The notes beneath the pieces are model-generated. The model saw only the letters and a list, made by a program, of their open reading frames with translations. It searched no databases and was not told where the DNA came from. Source: the human T2T-CHM13v2.0 reference genome, Homo sapiens. From it: 64,000 bases of DNA. Position 1 is the stretch's first letter. Each line of letters opens with the position of its first letter. The stretch is taken from the NCBI RefSeq assembly GCF_009914755.1, contig NC_060936.1; one strand, written 5' to 3'. Positions 59,805 to 64,000 of the stretch are shown here, in pieces. Position numbers and translations under genes: made by a program.

Positions 59805-60123
59805 CTCGGAAAGGGAACTTCCTGACCCCTTGCGCTTCCCAAATGAGGCAATGCCTCGCCCTGCTTCGGCTTGCCCACGGTGGGCGCACCCACTGACCTG
59901 CGCCCACTGTCTGCCACTCCCAAGTGAGATGAACCCGGTACCTCAGATGGAAATGCAGAAATCACCCGTCTTCTGCGTCACTCACGCTGGGAGCTGTAGA
60001 CAGGATCTGTTCCTATTCGGCCATCTTGGCTCCTCCCCCCAGGGAAATCATTTTCTTTTTCTTATACTACCTTTTTTTTTCATAGTTGCAGTTTGCTTTC
60101 TTTTCTTTTTCTTCTGTTTGTAG

Positions 60124-60145
60124 TGTGTGTGTGTGTGTGTGTGTG
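60124..60145. repeat. (GT)n microsatellite
   Basis: Seen directly. Confidence 0.9.
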
Positions 60146-61143
60146 TTAAGAACACTTAATATGAGATGTCATTTCAATCAAGTACTGAACAGATACTTTC
60201 TTGGTTTTACACTACACCACCTAAAGTTTTAAAAATGATTTTCTCAACAGCCATCATGTAAATAAGATGTCATAAGCTGATGAAAATCTATTACTTTTGA
60301 GGAAGCAATGTTCTTTGTGTTCCCTCCTGTCTTTCCTATTTGTAGCTATGCCACCAAGCCAGGATTGAGAGAAGGGTTGGTTGGCCTAAGTTGTTTGATA
60401 TGCTGATAGGACTTCCAAATAGGCACCTGGTTTTAAACTATACATGCCAAATTCATATTAAAGGCAATATTTTAAGTTGTGATGGCAAATGAATACACCA
60501 AGTGTTTAGAGGTTGTGTTGATGCTATCAATAAGTTATTTTAGTATAGAAGTGAAAATAAAAGGGCGGGAAAGAAATTCAGGTTGATAAGTGAATGAATG
60601 AGTAACAACAGGGAGCCAGGAAACCCCCATCTATTCTGGAAATGGGAGTAGTAAACTTAGGGTGATTATAAGCTGGAGAAGAAGGAGGATGGGACTTAAA
60701 GCTGGAGATACATGTTGTGAAGTCAGATTGTAAAGAGCTCGCATTGGAAGCGAGTTTCTGGATCCTCAGCTTTGTGAATTAGAAGCATCATAGCTCACAC
60801 ATTTGAACAGTTTCTGAGATGACAATTCAGTATATCCATAGACAAAATGATGAAAGTTTATTTTATGTATTAAATTTGTAGTTATGTATACATATCACAA
60901 TGCTTGGAATATATCTGATAATTTGATACAATATCTTAGGTTTTACAGAATCATTAGGTTCCTGAAGAATCAGGAAAAGTGAATTGAAACCCTTTTCTGA
61001 TTAAAGAAATTGTCATTCAGAAGATTATCATATAATGTATCTTTATCTGATAAAATATTTTATAGTCTTTGTAAATAAAAGGCTAGATTTATAGTGGTCG
61101 AAAAAGTGTACACTTCTCAAGCTGATTAATTGATCTTCATTAA

Positions 61144-61503
<360 letters not shown>

Positions 61504-63491
61504 TCAATAAAAACTTAAAAGCAATAAAATGAAACTTCCTTATGTCCAAAAACATGCAGCACTCACCAATAAGACGTGAAGGACACACAAATATATGACA
61601 TTGGTTTTTATAACATGGAAATATAGTATGAAAGCAGCAATCTAAAAGGTAAAAAATGGTTAGACATAAAATATTGCAAAAGTGTAGTTAAAGAAAAGAC
61701 AATATGAGAGAAGTCACAGAACAAGAATATGGAACACCAAACTCAGTAGCAATTTACATAAGACCAAAATAAAACAAAAACAAGAATAAAACTAAAGTTT
61801 CTTTTGGCTGAAAGATCAGTATGAAGCAATATTAAAAAAAATACTTTCTGTCTCATATGCCTTAAAAGAGTATACATTGCAAATAATTAGGCAGTCATAT
61901 TTCAACTTGATAGACTATATACAGCCTGATGTCAAATTGTGGCAATAGACTTTTTGAAAAGGAAACTTAGAAATTATTCAATCGCTACTAAAAGATCCTA
62001 ACAAATTAAGGATGCTGAATCCAGAAATGTAGACTATGGGGCATTAATGTATTTGTCTTTTAAAATTTAGAAAGCATGTCAGAAGATAGAAGTATTCAGT
62101 GGACCTTCGGAAAGCAGAGTAATGGGTAGAGACTCTGACATTCAGGTGGTTGGAATTTATAGAGAAGCAAACTTTCTCTTAATATAAAGAAAAAACTTTA
62201 TAATAAGGAGTCTTGTCCAAAATAACTTGGTGATTACCCCAAGAGTATTCAACAAGTAAAGAAATCACACTTAGTGTTTGCTCCTCATATGTCCTCATGG
62301 GATGGCTCTAGAGTTTAAGCTTGTTATGAAATTATAATTGACTTATTTTTCAGCCTTCTCTCAGAGGAACTTCTTCCTCCAAAATTCTGAAAAATGTTAT
62401 GCTGCAATTCTCTGAAATAGTTTCATGAGATTGGAAAAACCTAAGACAACTATGGATGCTAGCTGCTGCTATCTTTGTAGGTCATCAGGGACCAGGGAGT
62501 TTTGTTCACCTTAAATTTCCATTTTGCTCCCATGTTCATGCTAAGGCCTGTGAAATGTGACAGCAGGGAGGCAAGAGATTTTCATGTAGTTTGATTTCAT
62601 AGATTCAATGAGCATTTATTCAATTTTGGTAGGGAAATACCCATTATTCTCTGAGAAAACTACAGAGATTCCTAGTCCATCATCTTCATACTGTGTGCAG
62701 AAAGACAACTATAACAGGTTTTCAAACAAAATTAAAACTTTATACAAAAATCCACATCGAAAAAGCTTTTAATATAATGATATGATCTTGAGAGGCTGAA
62801 GATTATATTAGGCTTCTTAAATGCTCAACGTACTTGTATTGCATTGTTTTATTTTCCCTCGTTATAACTTTTCATGCATACACATATACTGATTGATCCG
62901 TAGCATCATGTACTTCACTTTGTCTTTAAATTTGATGTGATGTTAGTGTTTACCTAACATTTAGTTCTATTAACATTTGGCGTACTGATATGGAATTTCG
63001 GTGAGGGTACTTAGAATACTATTTTCTATTACCAGGGTGCTAAGATTCTCTGATTCAAATAGTTGCAAATGATAAGTATTGATTTAAACTTCACAAATTA
63101 CGTTAAAATCACTAAATTAAACATTGTTTACTAGCACCTGGAGCTTGCTCCATTTGCTTTCAAATAGTTTCAACTCCTTATTATGGGATTTAAATTATGT
63201 TGATTGAAGTAGCTGAACTAATAAAGTATTATAAAAGTGTTTCAGTGGTGGATTGATACTGAACTATGTTATTCTTACCCTTGTGAGTTGAGAATGATAC
63301 CACTTTGCCCAATTTCATGATACCAGAATAGGTGATAAAATCAATAAAAATTCTGAATGTAAACTATTATCCTAGTGATCTCAGTGAGGACAAAACTACT
63401 AGTTGAGGCGGGGAGAGGAAGAGGAAGAAAAGGGAAGAGGTGGGTTAAGAAAAAAAGCAGGATATGTCAGAACTGAAAATAACATGAATGA

Positions 63492-63783
63492 CTGAGCAAA
63501 CTATTGCAAGGACAGAAAACCAGACACCGCATGTTCTCACTCATAGGTCGGAATTGAACAATGAGAACACTTGGACACAGGGTGGGGAACACCATACACC
63601 GGGGCCTGTCGTGGGGTGGGAGGGAGGGGGAGGGATAGCATTAGGAGATATACCTAATGTAAATGTAACAAACTTGCACGTTGTGCACATGTACCCTAGA
63701 ACTTAAGTATAATTAAAAAAAAAAAAGAAAAAAGAAATAAACACCAAAACACCAAGACCAAAAAATAAATAAATAAATAAAAA
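63492..63783 (+). mobile_element. 5'-truncated L1PA (PA5-6-like) 3' end with a small internal deletion
   Basis: L1 3'UTR with G-rich tract and a degenerate A-rich tail; 17-bp TSD gaaaataacatgaatga at 63475-63491 and 63784-63800. Confidence 0.92.
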
Positions 63784-63949
63784 GAAAATAACATGAATGA
63801 AAAAAAGAATTCATTTCAAAGTCGTTTCCTAATTATCCTAATTTTGCATAAAAAGACAAAACAACAAAACCCAAAACCTTTACAAATACTAATTTCCATA
63901 TTTCTTAGGTTTATAAAATATGGCTTGTAGATTTTTGAAATAGCTCCTT

Positions 63950-64000
63950 CTTTCTCTTTTTTGTTCTGTTTTGTTTTTTGAGACGGAGTCTCACTCTTGT
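63950..64000 (-). mobile_element. Alu 3' end, truncated by the window edge
   Basis: T-rich tail followed by 'gagacggagtctcactcttgt'. Confidence 0.85.

Overview
Primate (most likely human) genomic DNA, not microbial: it contains Alu, L1PA, MIR, L2 and ERV LTR repeats. The first 93 nt are the last 30 codons and stop of the proneural bHLH gene NEUROD4 (C-terminus ...[30 protein letters not shown]), followed by a ~2.6-kb 3'UTR ending at AATAAA 2652-2657. The remaining ~61 kb is intergenic. The left part (~3-46 kb) is rich in MIR/L2 relics and has several unique GC-richer islands with clustered E-box and OTX/CRX-type motifs (candidate NEUROD4 enhancers). A strong reverse-oriented CTCF motif sits at 45871-45884, and an L1-dense, AT-rich zone follows (48-64 kb) that includes a full-length, disabled L1PA2/PA3 with an intact antisense ORF0. 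No other protein-coding gene is supported; the remaining ORF-track entries are repeat-derived or chance ORFs. Most unusual observations: (1) a retroposed, polyadenylated ANTISENSE L1 ORF2 fragment with its own target-site duplication (TSD), inserted at the same endonuclease site as an AluY (20210-20487); (2) a ~100-bp apparent gene-conversion tract between two neighbouring inverted L1s (53055-53157 vs 54496-54598). Repeat subfamily calls are from remembered consensus sequences, and coordinates of old repeats are approximate. I found no evidence for a wholly new multi-gene system.
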